64,000 bases of DNA from Candidatus Alkanophaga liquidiphilum (GTDB taxonomy: Archaea > Halobacteriota > Syntropharchaeia > Alkanophagales > B39-G2): NCBI GenBank assembly GCA_029259535.1, contig JAPHEF010000005.1, positions 97-64,096 on the forward strand, given 5' to 3'. The notes below the pieces were generated by a model. It saw nothing but the letters and a program-made list of their open reading frames with translations. It was not told the DNA's origin and did no database searches. A program made the translations under genes and the position numbers. Below, one piece after another: positions 30,239 to 40,206 of this stretch. Each line of letters begins with the position of its first letter. Position 1 is the stretch's first letter.

Positions 30239-32071
30239 ATGCAGCTCGTAAAGGGATACGAGGATTGGATGTATAAGGAGTTGAGGTTGTCGCCTTGTAG
30301 CGGTTACAATCCCCCTGACGAAATACCGGTGAGGTGTGAGCAGATAGACATTGCAGTTTTCAACACCTTTGACGAGATCATCAACAAGCATCCCAGGGAG
30401 AAGCTCTGTGGTTTCTTCCACAGGCATGTCGGTAGGAAGAATAGAACGATACTCCCGTGGCTCCACTGGCTGGATGGCAGCGTCGGCGTATTCGCCACGC
30501 TCGGGCAATACCCCCGATCGAAGGGGGAGAGGGCGGTCATTTGCGCCCCCCTGTATAACCAGCATGATAGGTTAGAATGTGAATGTGGCACTGACTACCA
30601 CGTGCCCACGCTTGAACACGTTACGTCCGTTGCGTATACGAATTACACCCTCTTAGGGCATTTCGCATTCCACCTCAACGGCGGCTTCTGGCGGATGGAA
30701 GACACCATCTGGGGCTCGAACACCGTTGTGGTGGCAGCAGCGCTCAACCACGTCATCCAATCGAAGCCGCCATACAACGACGAGAAGATTTTCGAGCTCT
30801 GGGAGGAGGCGAAGTGGCGGAAGGCAAAGATCAGAAGACTAAAGGCCTTGAAAAGGTTCCTGAGGGAGCCGACGCTTTTGAACCTGAGAAGAGCCGAGCT
30901 CGAAGCGGCGAAAGCTGACTACTGGCCGTATAGGCGGCTGGTCGAGGTGCGATGGCCTGAGCGGTACTTGAGCGTCTGGGAGATAAAGCAGGAGATAAAA
31001 AGGCTGAAGAAAGACGCAGAAGCGAAGGCGAGGCGAGCAGTGGGTGAGCTTTTCAAGAAGGTCGTGTATTTGCCAAAGCCCGGCAATGAGGAGGTCATGT
31101 TCCAGCCGCTCCACCCCGAGGGCAAAGTCGTTTTCAAGCTAATAGGTGAGCTTTCGGAGCTGGAGGATGAAATAAGGAAGGAGAAGGAGAGGATAAAGGA
31201 GACAAGACACGAACGTCGCCGGTTGATGCGGAAGATGCAGCGCCTCATAAAAGAGGCAATAAAGAGGTATCCCGCTCAGATAAAGGAGGAGAAAGCTTCC
31301 CTCAGAGCGCCGAGAGAACGACTTTACAGGAAGGCGTTAAAGGAGCAAGGACGCATCATTGAGTATTTGGGGGCGAAGGAGAATCTAATTATGTTGCGGG
31401 ACATGGTCATAGCGAAGCACCCGCTGCTCAGAGACAAGCGCATATACTTCGTGGGCGTGAAGCCGTGGTTCGCTCACATTTGTGCAGAGCGTCGTCAGGA
31501 GATAAAGTTGCGTGGTGACTATTGGGAAGAAGAACTTTATCCTATATGGTTCGAGCGGCGGTGGCATAGAGCGCACATACGGCGGGATATGAAGGGGAGC
31601 TGCAAGGTGCGGTGGCTTGGCAGCCTCGTGTGTCCAACGCTTCTCTCTTTGATACTGAGCAACGACTCACAAGGCGATCACCAGAATAGCATCACAAGGC
31701 TCGTGTTCAGGATGCGGCATCAGAACAGAGGGATGGGAGAGTGGAAAGTTCTCTCAAGAGACACACGCAAGAAAATTTCATATCCGCTGATGATAAGACC
31801 GATACGTCTCAAAAACGGACACGTAGTTTACGGGCAGGTTTTCGGCGCCGAGGAGTGCCGTCCGCTCCGCCCGCCTGACATCTGGAGGTGCCGGTATTAC
31901 TCGCTGTGGGCATGTTTCTTCTTAGAACTTCTTAACAGCACAGGATTGCACAAGATAGTATTCTGGAACTCAACACGCAATCACCGCTACCGCCGCCCGT
32001 TCGTGCGGTTCAACTTCAGCTACAACTTCCTCGACCGCATCGTGGACTGGTTCATCCTGAACGTTTGGTAG
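30239..32071 (+). CDS. Hypothetical 610-aa protein: Cys/His/Trp-rich N- and C-terminal regions flanking a long K/R/E coiled coil; ORFan with atypical codon usage
   Basis: Long uninterrupted ORF. AGG/AGA Arg and ATA Ile codons are frequent, unlike neighbouring genes. No recognisable family from sequence. Confidence 0.5.
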   Translation: MQLVKGYEDWMYKELRLSPCSGYNPPDEIPVRCEQIDIAVFNTFDEIINKHPREKLCGFFHRHVGRKNRTILPWLHWLDGSVGVFATLGQYPRSKGERAVICAPLYNQHDRLECECGTDYHVPTLEHVTSVAYTNYTLLGHFAFHLNGGFWRMEDTIWGSNTVVVAAALNHVIQSKPPYNDEKIFELWEEAKWRKAKIRRLKALKRFLREPTLLNLRRAELEAAKADYWPYRRLVEVRWPERYLSVWEIKQEIKRLKKDAEAKARRAVGELFKKVVYLPKPGNEEVMFQPLHPEGKVVFKLIGELSELEDEIRKEKERIKETRHERRRLMRKMQRLIKEAIKRYPAQIKEEKASLRAPRERLYRKALKEQGRIIEYLGAKENLIMLRDMVIAKHPLLRDKRIYFVGVKPWFAHICAERRQEIKLRGDYWEEELYPIWFERRWHRAHIRRDMKGSCKVRWLGSLVCPTLLSLILSNDSQGDHQNSITRLVFRMRHQNRGMGEWKVLSRDTRKKISYPLMIRPIRLKNGHVVYGQVFGAEECRPLRPPDIWRCRYYSLWACFFLELLNSTGLHKIVFWNSTRNHRYRRPFVRFNFSYNFLDRIVDWFILNVW

Positions 32072-32168
32072 TGGCGTTTGTCGCCCCCCCTCACTACTAC
32101 AGCACCGCACAATGCATCGGCTTAGTTGAGTTGCTCATCCTTTTTTAAACCGACAAATATTAGTGTAA

Positions 32169-32246
<78 letters not shown>

Positions 32247-32600
32247 TCAGAACACATGCTAAAGTAACCCCTGTAACCATTGAGGAGCATCCTTCGGAAA
32301 GGAGCAGCTCCCCCTCGGGCATACGCCCTGCTAAACATATGGATGAGTGTTGGGGCGTCAGCGTTGCTAATATGCACCTCAGCAGAAAACCGTATTGGCA
32401 TTCTCAACTCCACTTCTAACCCTGTCGTTCGGAAGTGGGATATTTTAGCTTAAGGCATCCGCTCCCGCTGCCTCCTCAGCCCAACAGCTTCGCAACAACA
32501 GTCATCCTACTTCCTAAACGATGCAAAGATATTATGTTCAAGGCAGGGCATTGCAGGTCGGTGGTTCTCTACCGCCAGCTTTTTAAAGGTTAGAAAATAG

Positions 32601-34340
32601 TTACTCCCCTTCAGCGGGCTCGCAAGCTTTCCTCAATTCCTCCTCTTTTAAGACACGTCGCAGAACCTTCCCGACGGCGGATTTTGGGAGTTCCTCCCTG
32701 AATTCCACCACTCTCGGAACTTTGTAGGCGGCAAGACATTCCTTACAAAAGTCTATTATGTCCTTATCGCAAACCTTGCCCTTAAATTCCTCCTTAAGCA
32801 CTACAAACGCTTTTACAGTCTCCCCCCTATACGGGTCGGGCACGCCCACCACCGCCGCCTCGCACACTGCCGGATGCTCATACAAGACCTCTTCAACTTC
32901 CCTTGGGTATATGCTATAGCCGCCAGCGAGTATCATATCCTTTTTTCTATCAACGATGTAGAAGTAGCCATCTTCATCAAATTTCGCAATATCCCCTGTC
33001 AGAAGCCATCCATTTATCAACACATTCTTCGTCTCTCCTTCCATCTTGTAATAGCCTTTCATGACCTGCGGACCTTTGATTGCCAGCTCTCCGCTCTCTC
33101 CAGCAGGCAAGATTACACCATTATCATCAACAACGACGCTCAGAGTATTGGGGAAGGGTATTCCTATGCTTCCCTCCTTGTTAACCCCGTAAACAGGATT
33201 TGCGTGTGTTACCGGCGAAGTTTCGGATAGGCCATAACCTTCTACGAGCTTTCCACCGGTTATTTTTTCAAACTCCCTTTTAACCTCAATAGGCAGGGGG
33301 GCGGCGCCGCTGATGCAGACCCGCACCGAGCTTAAGTCATATTTGCTAACGTCAGGGTGCGTGCTTATGGCATTAAACAGCGTCGGCACCCCGCAAAATA
33401 TCGTCACTTTATGCTTTTGGATCGCTTTTAATATCCTTCGTATGTCTCTTGGGTCAGGAATCAAAACGATCTTACAGCCCAAAAGTATGGGGGTGTTCAA
33501 ACTCGTGGTCATTCCATAGACGTGGAAATAGGGGAGCGCGCCCAAGAACACGTCATCTGAAGAAACGTCGTTGACCCATTCGGCGTTCTGATATGCATTT
33601 GCGACCAAATTATAATGCGTAAGCATTACTGCTTTGGGCAAGCCTGTTGTCCCACCTGTATATTGGAAGGCAGCTACATCCTCCTTGGGGTTTATTTCAA
33701 TAGTTTCGTCCGTAGGACTGAATTTCATAACGTCCTTCCAGTAAACAACATCCTTTTCGTCAATGCTGACCTTTTGCTTTCTAAGCGGATAAAGCACATT
33801 TAAAGGAAAGGGGAGGAAATCCTCTATCTTACAAACGACAACTTTCCTTATCAATCCTTCATCGAGTAAAGGTCTGATTCTTGGATATACGAGCTCCACA
33901 GCAAAAACTACGTCTACCTCGCTGTTCTCAACTAAATACCGCAATTCTCTCTCAGTATACATCGGATTGCACTGCACAACGATGCCTCCGGCTTTAAGAA
34001 TGCCGAAATAACATGCTACGTAGTGCGGTGTATTTGGTAAATCTACTACAACCCTGTCACCTTTCCTTACATCCTCCGACTTGAGAAAAGAGGCAACTTT
34101 GTCTGCCATCTCATCCAGCTCTTCATAACTTATCTTCTTACCAAAAAAGTCCAAAGAAGTCTTGTTAGGATATTTTTTAGCTGAATTTTCTAACAAAGTA
34201 TTCAAAGGCACTTTAGGACAGTCTATATGCCCTCTAACTCCCTCATCGTAATGTTTTAGCCAGACCCTTCTTATCTCATCGTCCCTAATTTCAAAGAGAT
34301 TTCTGCCCTCAACACCTAAGATACTTGTAACATTTGCCAT
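32601..34340 (-). CDS. AMP-forming acyl-CoA synthetase (long-chain fatty acid--CoA ligase-like)
   Basis: AMP-binding motif YTGGTTGLPKAVMLTH. 579 aa. Confidence 0.85.
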   Translation of the reverse strand: MANVTSILGVEGRNLFEIRDDEIRRVWLKHYDEGVRGHIDCPKVPLNTLLENSAKKYPNKTSLDFFGKKISYEELDEMADKVASFLKSEDVRKGDRVVVDLPNTPHYVACYFGILKAGGIVVQCNPMYTERELRYLVENSEVDVVFAVELVYPRIRPLLDEGLIRKVVVCKIEDFLPFPLNVLYPLRKQKVSIDEKDVVYWKDVMKFSPTDETIEINPKEDVAAFQYTGGTTGLPKAVMLTHYNLVANAYQNAEWVNDVSSDDVFLGALPYFHVYGMTTSLNTPILLGCKIVLIPDPRDIRRILKAIQKHKVTIFCGVPTLFNAISTHPDVSKYDLSSVRVCISGAAPLPIEVKREFEKITGGKLVEGYGLSETSPVTHANPVYGVNKEGSIGIPFPNTLSVVVDDNGVILPAGESGELAIKGPQVMKGYYKMEGETKNVLINGWLLTGDIAKFDEDGYFYIVDRKKDMILAGGYSIYPREVEEVLYEHPAVCEAAVVGVPDPYRGETVKAFVVLKEEFKGKVCDKDIIDFCKECLAAYKVPRVVEFREELPKSAVGKVLRRVLKEEELRKACEPAEGE

Positions 34341-34361
34341 GATTATAAAGGAATTATCAAT

Positions 34362-34973
34362 CTAAAAATAGCTTTCCCGTAACTCTCGTCTTTTCCGCTC
34401 AAGATAAGAATATACGGCACCGTGCGGCGTCCCATTGACGAGCATCTCGACGGCAGCCCTCGCCACCCTCACCTGCTCGGGGTAACCGATGATGCTGGTG
34501 GTCTTGCCGTAAACTGAAATTTTCGTGCCCGTCAGCTCCTCGATGTGCTGGCGGGTCCGCCCGCCTCTTCCAATAATTCTGCCTTTTACTCGCCGTAAAG
34601 CGTTTTCGGAGAGGTAGGACAAGCTTATTATATCGAGGATGCGGGCATCGTCGTCAAGTAAGGCGAACGCCTTTTCGGGAGAGAAGCCACGAGCTATTGC
34701 GCGCACGACGTCGACGACGCGCAACGCCATCAATGGGTCCCTCGTCCGGATCACGACGCTCCCGTCCCTGCTGTCCACCTCTATTCTACTCGACGTTCTA
34801 CTTTCGAGCTCAGCCTTCGTGCTGCCGCCTTTTCCGATGAGCACTCCTATTCTGTCTTGCGGTATCCGGACGTAGTGCTCAGAGACCGCCCATTCCTCGT
34901 TCTCAACCGCCTCAGCCTCATCCACAACTACCTCGTTCTTATCTGCCTCGTCCCGTCTCTTTTCGTCCTCCAT
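34362..34973 (-). CDS. KH-domain RNA-binding protein (archaeal Dim2/Pno1-like)
   Basis: Two KH modules with GKGG / GRGG loops (IGKGGSTK, IGRGGRTRQ). Adjacent to Rio1. Confidence 0.75.
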   Translation of the reverse strand: MEDEKRRDEADKNEVVVDEAEAVENEEWAVSEHYVRIPQDRIGVLIGKGGSTKAELESRTSSRIEVDSRDGSVVIRTRDPLMALRVVDVVRAIARGFSPEKAFALLDDDARILDIISLSYLSENALRRVKGRIIGRGGRTRQHIEELTGTKISVYGKTTSIIGYPEQVRVARAAVEMLVNGTPHGAVYSYLERKRRELRESYF

Positions 34974-35847
34974 TCTCCACCAGCCTCAAAATCTCATCCT
35001 CAGAACATTGCACGCTCAACTTTTTAAAAAACGTGGCAACGTTTCTTACATCTCGCCTTAAGAAGGCTTCGGCGTTCGGATGGCTCAGGAGCACCGCTTG
35101 TCCGAAGTCTATGAGCACCGGGCGTATGTTCTCGCTTTCAATGTAGCCTTCAGCCATGATGTTGAACTCGCTGAGGTCGGCGTGGACAAGCCTTGCACCG
35201 TTATACAGGAGCCGCATGTAAGAGACCAAATCTTTGAAAATGCGTTTGGCGTCAGCTTTGTCGATGTCGTTGGCGACCTCCCGCAACAGCGGCTCGGGCA
35301 CGCCGTCCACGCCGATGAACTCCATGACGAGGACGTTTCTGTCGGCGGCAACCGGCTTCGGGACTCGCACGCCGGCGTCCGCCGCCCGCTTCAAGTTACG
35401 AAACTCCTTCTTCGTCCATGCAAAGACCATGCTACGCTTGTTCTTCTTTATATTTTCGAAGCGGGGGTCGCCAATGATGTATTCGTGCATGGCGTCGAAC
35501 GTGCTCGTCTCGATTTTGTAAATTTTCACGGCGATTTCTTTCATCCCAGTGACGCTTTTGTCAGAGAGGGCATGGAAGACGTTGGCTTCTTTGCCCGTGC
35601 TCACGGGTCCGCCCATCGCCGTTATGATGCGCCGTTTCGCAAGCTTGTAGAGGCATTCGAGCGTTGGGATGTCAAAAACATACTCCTCGACCTTTCTATC
35701 CTCTTGCGTTCTTCTGCGGGTTCTCGCACGCTTCCGCTCCCACCTCAGCCACTCCTCTATTTCAAATAGCCCTTCCTCTCCAGCCATGCCACCTGTGGTC
35801 TCGTATATTTCCAAACGACGTCTGCTTTCTCGTCCTGAAACTCCCAA
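34939..35847 (-). CDS. RIO-type serine/threonine protein kinase (Rio1)
   Basis: Flexible loop and ATP site [12 protein letters not shown]. Catalytic [11 protein letters not shown]. 3' end overlaps the aIF1A gene slightly; the true start is possibly the internal Met. Confidence 0.85.
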   Translation of the reverse strand: MGVSGRESRRRLEIYETTGGMAGEEGLFEIEEWLRWERKRARTRRRTQEDRKVEEYVFDIPTLECLYKLAKRRIITAMGGPVSTGKEANVFHALSDKSVTGMKEIAVKIYKIETSTFDAMHEYIIGDPRFENIKKNKRSMVFAWTKKEFRNLKRAADAGVRVPKPVAADRNVLVMEFIGVDGVPEPLLREVANDIDKADAKRIFKDLVSYMRLLYNGARLVHADLSEFNIMAEGYIESENIRPVLIDFGQAVLLSHPNAEAFLRRDVRNVATFFKKLSVQCSEDEILRLVENGGRKETGRGR

Positions 35848-36062
35848 GGCACGACAATGACGACATCGCCGACGTGCATCCAGACACGCTTTCGCATCTT
35901 CCCCGGTATTCTCACCATCCGCTTAACGCCGTCCATGCACCGAACGATCATATGATTCGCTCCGAGCATCGTCTCAACAATACCAAGAACCTCCCGCCGC
36001 TCCGGGTTCGGGATGCGGACCCTGATAACCTCTCCACCAATCTCGCCTATCGCCTCGTTCAC
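35757..36062 (-). CDS. Translation initiation factor 1A
   Basis: S1/OB fold signature [33 protein letters not shown]. About 100 aa. Confidence 0.85.
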   Translation of the reverse strand: MNEAIGEIGGEVIRVRIPNPERREVLGIVETMLGANHMIVRCMDGVKRMVRIPGKMRKRVWMHVGDVVIVVPWEFQDEKADVVWKYTRPQVAWLERKGYLK

Positions 36063-36179
36063 TCCGCCCTTCTTGCGTTCTGCGGCATTTTCCGCTCTGC
36101 TTTTTTTCTTTGTCAGCCCCTACACCCGTTAGTCAGTTGAGAAATAGTAATATTAAAGAGTATCCCATGATATGGTGGC

Positions 36180-36806
36180 ATGAGGTTGAGGAGGGGTTTT
36201 TTACTTTTACTGAAAAGGCTTCTGAGGAGGAGGAATACGAAGATTGGAATATACGGGGCACCAAATGCTGGGAAGACGACACTGGCAAACAGAATACTCC
36301 ACGACTTCTTAGACCATGAAGAGATGGGAGTTGTCTCTGAGATTCCACACGAGACGCGACGAGCTTACCGCAAGGAGGGCATTCTCATTACCGCAAAAGG
36401 CGCAAAGCTCAAAGTGGACATCGTGGATACGCCCGGGCTCGCAACGAAAATCGATTTCCACGATTTCATACCCTACGGACTTAGCGAAGAAGAAGCGAAG
36501 AAAAGGGCGAAAGAAGCGACAGAGGGCGTCATCGAGGCCATAAAATGGCTCGATGACCTTGACGGCGTCCTCCTCGTTATGGACGCCACGGAAGACCCAT
36601 TCACGCAGGCGAACATCGTCATCATTGGGAATCTCGAGGCTCGTGACATCCCCTTCATCATCGTAGCGAATAAAATGGACTTGGAAAACGCGGTGCCGGC
36701 GAGAATAAAAAATGCGTTCCCGCAGCACGTCGTCGTGCCGATTTCTGCGCTTAAGGGCGAGAATATGGAAAAACTGTATGAGGAGATGGCCCGTTGCTTT
36801 AGGTGA
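36180..36806 (+). CDS. Small Ras/Arf-like GTP-binding protein (archaeal GTPase linked to DUF2073 and a Zn-ribbon partner)
   Basis: P-loop [17 protein letters not shown]. Confidence 0.6.
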   Translation: MRLRRGFLLLLKRLLRRRNTKIGIYGAPNAGKTTLANRILHDFLDHEEMGVVSEIPHETRRAYRKEGILITAKGAKLKVDIVDTPGLATKIDFHDFIPYGLSEEEAKKRAKEATEGVIEAIKWLDDLDGVLLVMDATEDPFTQANIVIIGNLEARDIPFIIVANKMDLENAVPARIKNAFPQHVVVPISALKGENMEKLYEEMARCFR

Positions 36807-37165
36807 TGCGTATGAGCGGGTGCGGAGAAGAGAGGAACATAAAGCTGGACCTGATATCCGAGGAGCGAATGGCATCAATGACTTCTATGGAAAAAATACG
36901 GTTCATCCTTGACGGGGTGAAGCTCGGAAACATCGTCGTTTTAGAAGGCGGACTCACGCCGGAGGAGCAGATGAAACTCATAGAGATGACGATGTCCGAG
37001 ATAAGTGAGGACTTCACGGGCATAGAAATAGGGAGTTATCCGCTGAAAAGAGGCTTCTTGAGGCTGCGGCGGCGGACGAGGCTCACCATCGTTGGACCGG
37101 CGAACATGATGAAGACTATAAAAAAAGACAAAGACCTAATAAGGGCAATAATTTCAATAGTTTAA
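36803..37165 (+). CDS. DUF2073-like small archaeal protein (conserved partner of the GTPase)
   Basis: Conserved synteny GTPase / this gene / Zn-ribbon protein. Start may be the internal Met MASMTSMEK. Confidence 0.45.
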   Translation: MMRMSGCGEERNIKLDLISEERMASMTSMEKIRFILDGVKLGNIVVLEGGLTPEEQMKLIEMTMSEISEDFTGIEIGSYPLKRGFLRLRRRTRLTIVGPANMMKTIKKDKDLIRAIISIV

Positions 37166-37166
37166 A

Positions 37167-37556
37167 ATGCCGCACAAGTGCACGAGGTGCGGGAAAGTAT
37201 TTCATGAGTTGAGCGAGGATATGCTCCAAGGCTGCCCCACATGTGGCAGTAAAACGTTCTTCTACGTGCGGAGTGCCGCCGCGCAAAAACTTGCGGAGAG
37301 AATAAAGGTAATAACTGGCATTGGGGAGGGGCAAGAAGCTGGAACCGAGGCTGATGAGGCATTAGAGGCTCAGGCGCAAAACTTGCAACTCGACATCGAA
37401 AGCATACGGATTTTAAAGCCCGGCGTCTATGTGCTGAACCTTGAGGCGTTGTTCAGAAAAGAGGGGATAATCATGGGGATAAAAGAGGACGGCAAATACG
37501 TCATACATCTGCCGTCTTTATTTAAAACGAAACGGAAACGGAGAGAGGAGAAGTGA
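37167..37556 (+). CDS. Zn-ribbon protein (CxxC...CxxC), third member of the conserved archaeal triad
   Basis: CTRCG ... CPTCGS ribbon at the N-terminus. 129 aa. Confidence 0.5.
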   Translation: MPHKCTRCGKVFHELSEDMLQGCPTCGSKTFFYVRSAAAQKLAERIKVITGIGEGQEAGTEADEALEAQAQNLQLDIESIRILKPGVYVLNLEALFRKEGIIMGIKEDGKYVIHLPSLFKTKRKRREEK

Positions 37557-38218
37557 TGGAGAGCCTCAAGTGCATCTTCGTGGACTGGCAATATGCATAC
37601 GAGCTTTGCAAGGACGTTTTCCTGAAGATAAGAGCGTCGGGCTTCAGACCGGATGTTGTGATCGCCGTTGCTCGAGGCGGCTGGTTCCTTGGGCGGGCAC
37701 TTTGCGACTTTTTTCTCATAAAGGAGTTGTTCAGCGTGAAGGTAGAGCACTGGGGCGTCGCCGCCACCGAGGGGCGAGCGGAGCTTAGATGCTGGCTCGA
37801 CGAAAACGCCGCCCGCCGCGTCGAGGGTAAGAACGTATTGATAACCGATGATATCACCGACACCGGCGACAGCCTCCGCATACTCTTAGAGCACTGCCGT
37901 CGCAGTTTGAATGCAAAAGAGGTGCGAACCGCCACGATGCAGCACAAGACAAGCTCCTCTATAACTCCTGACTACTACGGCGAGGTCTTAAAAGAGTGGA
38001 AATGGGTGATTTACCCGTGGAGCATCCACGAAGACCTTTTCACACTCATCCCGAAGGTCTTAGGTGAGGGAAAGACTATCGAACAAATAAAAGAGCGGCT
38101 GCGGGATGCCTTCGACATCTATATTTCGCAGAACACGCTCGAAGAAGTCCTCGAAAACATGCTGCATCACGGTAAGGTGGAAAAAAAAGGGAAACTTTGG
38201 ACGCCGGCGGCGCAGTAA
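37553..38218 (+). CDS. Purine phosphoribosyltransferase (hypoxanthine/guanine PRTase-like)
   Basis: PRPP-binding motif VLITDDITDTGDSL. Overlapping start. Confidence 0.7.
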   Translation: MMESLKCIFVDWQYAYELCKDVFLKIRASGFRPDVVIAVARGGWFLGRALCDFFLIKELFSVKVEHWGVAATEGRAELRCWLDENAARRVEGKNVLITDDITDTGDSLRILLEHCRRSLNAKEVRTATMQHKTSSSITPDYYGEVLKEWKWVIYPWSIHEDLFTLIPKVLGEGKTIEQIKERLRDAFDIYISQNTLEEVLENMLHHGKVEKKGKLWTPAAQ

Positions 38219-38225
38219 CTCGGCG

Positions 38226-39164
38226 TTAAGTTGAGCGTTGCTGTCCGAAGTATTCGTAGAAGCCGCCTCGACTACCTTTCCAGCGTTTGGGGTCGCCTTT
38301 AAAGCCGGCGGTGATGAGCTGGCGCATGAGCGGCGGCGTTCGCCATTTAGAGTCGCCAGTTAGTTTATACATTTCCTCCCAGACCTTTGCTCGCAGCTCC
38401 AGTCCAATCCAATCTGTGAACTCAAACTGCCCCATAGGATGATTGTAACCATATTTCAGGATGATGTCCACGTCCTTCGGGGTTGCAACCCCCTCCTCCA
38501 CGATTCTGATGGCTTCCACGGCGAGAGCGTGGCTGAGCCTGATGGACGGGAAGCCGGTGCCCATATCTTTGACAACGGCAATCACACGCCCGAGCTGTTC
38601 GGCGAGCCTCTTCGAGACTTCCAAGGTCTCATCGGAAGTCAATAACCCCCTAACTATCTCAAGAAGCTTCATAACAACGACGGGCTGGAAGAAGTGCATG
38701 CCGATGACCTTTTCGGGACGTTTTGTCGCCGCTGCAATTTGCGTGACGGGCAGCGAGGACGTGTTTGACGCCAGAATCGTATGCTCAGGGCATATCTCGT
38801 CAAGCTCGGCAAAAACCTTCTTCTTCAGTTCTAAGCTCTCGGGCACCGCCTCTATGACGTAATCGGCATCATTACATGCGTATTTGAGGTCGGTCGTCAC
38901 TTCTATACAGCTGAGAGCCGCCTCTGCCTCTTCCCTCGTCATCTTGCCCTTCTCGACAGTTTTTTCGAGACCCCAGCGCCCGCTCTTTATCTCCTTCATG
39001 CCAGCTTTTAGAATCCCATCGCTGATGTCACGGGCGACAACCTTGAAGCCATGCTGGGCGCAGAGTCTCGTAATCTCCCGCCCCATCACTCCAAAACCTA
39101 TTACGGCTATCTTCTCAATCTCCACATGCTCACCTCCCCCTAAACTCAGGCTTTCGCCGCTCAA
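38226..39164 (-). CDS. 3-hydroxyacyl-CoA (3-hydroxybutyryl-CoA) dehydrogenase
   Basis: Rossmann IAVIGFGVMG. C-terminal 3HCDH dimerisation domain. Confidence 0.85.
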   Translation of the reverse strand: MSGESLSLGGGEHVEIEKIAVIGFGVMGREITRLCAQHGFKVVARDISDGILKAGMKEIKSGRWGLEKTVEKGKMTREEAEAALSCIEVTTDLKYACNDADYVIEAVPESLELKKKVFAELDEICPEHTILASNTSSLPVTQIAAATKRPEKVIGMHFFQPVVVMKLLEIVRGLLTSDETLEVSKRLAEQLGRVIAVVKDMGTGFPSIRLSHALAVEAIRIVEEGVATPKDVDIILKYGYNHPMGQFEFTDWIGLELRAKVWEEMYKLTGDSKWRTPPLMRQLITAGFKGDPKRWKGSRGGFYEYFGQQRST

Positions 39165-39918
39165 GGAACGCCTTCATGCCCTCAGCCCTGTCCTCGGAAG
39201 CAAAGCAGACGCCGAGCGCCTGCGACTCGAACCGCAGCCCGGCATCGAGCGGCGTGTTCATCGCCACGTTAATCGCACGCTTTATGAGACGTAATGCCAG
39301 CGGGCTTTTACTTGCTATCGTTTTTGCGAGTCCCATTGCCACTTCTTCGAGCTTTTCGGTCGGCACGACCTTCTCAACGAGCCCTACACGTTCAGCTTCT
39401 TTTGCGTCTATGATATTGCCAGTGAAGCATAGCAGCTTTGCCATCCCAGGTCCAACGAGCCGAGGGAGGCGTTGTGTGCCGCCAGCGCCCGGCATTATTC
39501 CCAAATTTACCTCCGGCTGCCCAAACTTCGCATTTTCCGCTGCTATCCTGAAGTCGCACGCCATCGCAAGCTCCAGCCCGCCACCGAGGCAGAAGCCGTT
39601 GATCGCTGCAATCACGGGCTTGCTGAAATCCTCGATGCGCTTGTAGAGCGTCTGACCGCCGAGTGACGACTCCGAAAACTCCATAATCTGTTTAAAGCTC
39701 ATTTCGGACAGCACTTTTATGTCGGCGCCGGAGACGAACGTTTTATTGCCGGCGCCCGTGATGACGACCGCTCACACGCTTTCATCCTTTTCAACATCGT
39801 CAAGCGCCACAAGCAGCTTTTTCCTCGTCTCGATGTCGAGGGCGTTCCTCGACTCAGGGCGGTTTATTGTTATTTTCACAATGCCCTCCGCCTTTTCAAG
39901 TATGACGTTTTTGAACAA
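39130..39918 (-). pseudogene. Enoyl-CoA hydratase (crotonase) with in-frame TGA (39772-39774) after a TTG start
   Basis: Upstream frame reads MFKNVILEKAEGIVKITINRPESRNALD...DESV-TGA-AVVITGAGNKTFVSGADIK, continuing into the crotonase core ...CLGGGLELAMACD. A single nonsense codon sits where crotonases carry R/K/G. Confidence 0.55.
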
Positions 39919-39957
39919 AGCAATCCCCTATTAAATTTCCAGAGTAAAAGTAGAAGG

Positions 39958-40203
39958 ATGCTTGTGGACGTGACGATAAAGTTGAAAAGAGGGGTTACGG
40001 ACCCGGAGGGGGAGAACACGAAGAAGGCACTTACGCTGTTGGGCTTCAAGAACGTGCAATCAGTAGGTGTGATGAAGACCTTCAGAATAGAAATGGATTG
40101 CGGTGACGAGGCAGAAGCGGTGAAACAAGCGGAGGAGATGTGCAGGCGATTGCTTGCAAACCCTGTTATACACGAATACGAGATAAAAGTGGTGAGGGGG
40201 TAG
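39958..40203 (+). CDS. purS: Phosphoribosylformylglycinamidine synthase subunit PurS
   Basis: 81-aa PurS pattern: VTIKLKRGVTDPEG...ALTLLGF...VGVMKTFRIEMD. Confidence 0.85.
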   Translation: MLVDVTIKLKRGVTDPEGENTKKALTLLGFKNVQSVGVMKTFRIEMDCGDEAEAVKQAEEMCRRLLANPVIHEYEIKVVRG

Positions 40204-40206
40204 AGA

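Noticed and set aside
35757-35847. 90-bp overlap between the Rio1 start and the aIF1A end suggesting mis-annotation
   Set aside because: An internal Met in Rio1 (MAGEEGLF...) reduces the overlap to about 30 bp. Short overlaps are common in compact archaeal operons, so both genes are retained.
39772-39774. Selenocysteine reading of the in-frame TGA in the crotonase gene
   Set aside because: The position is not a catalytic Cys/Sec site in crotonases and no SECIS-like hairpin is evident. A nonsense mutation or sequencing error is more parsimonious.
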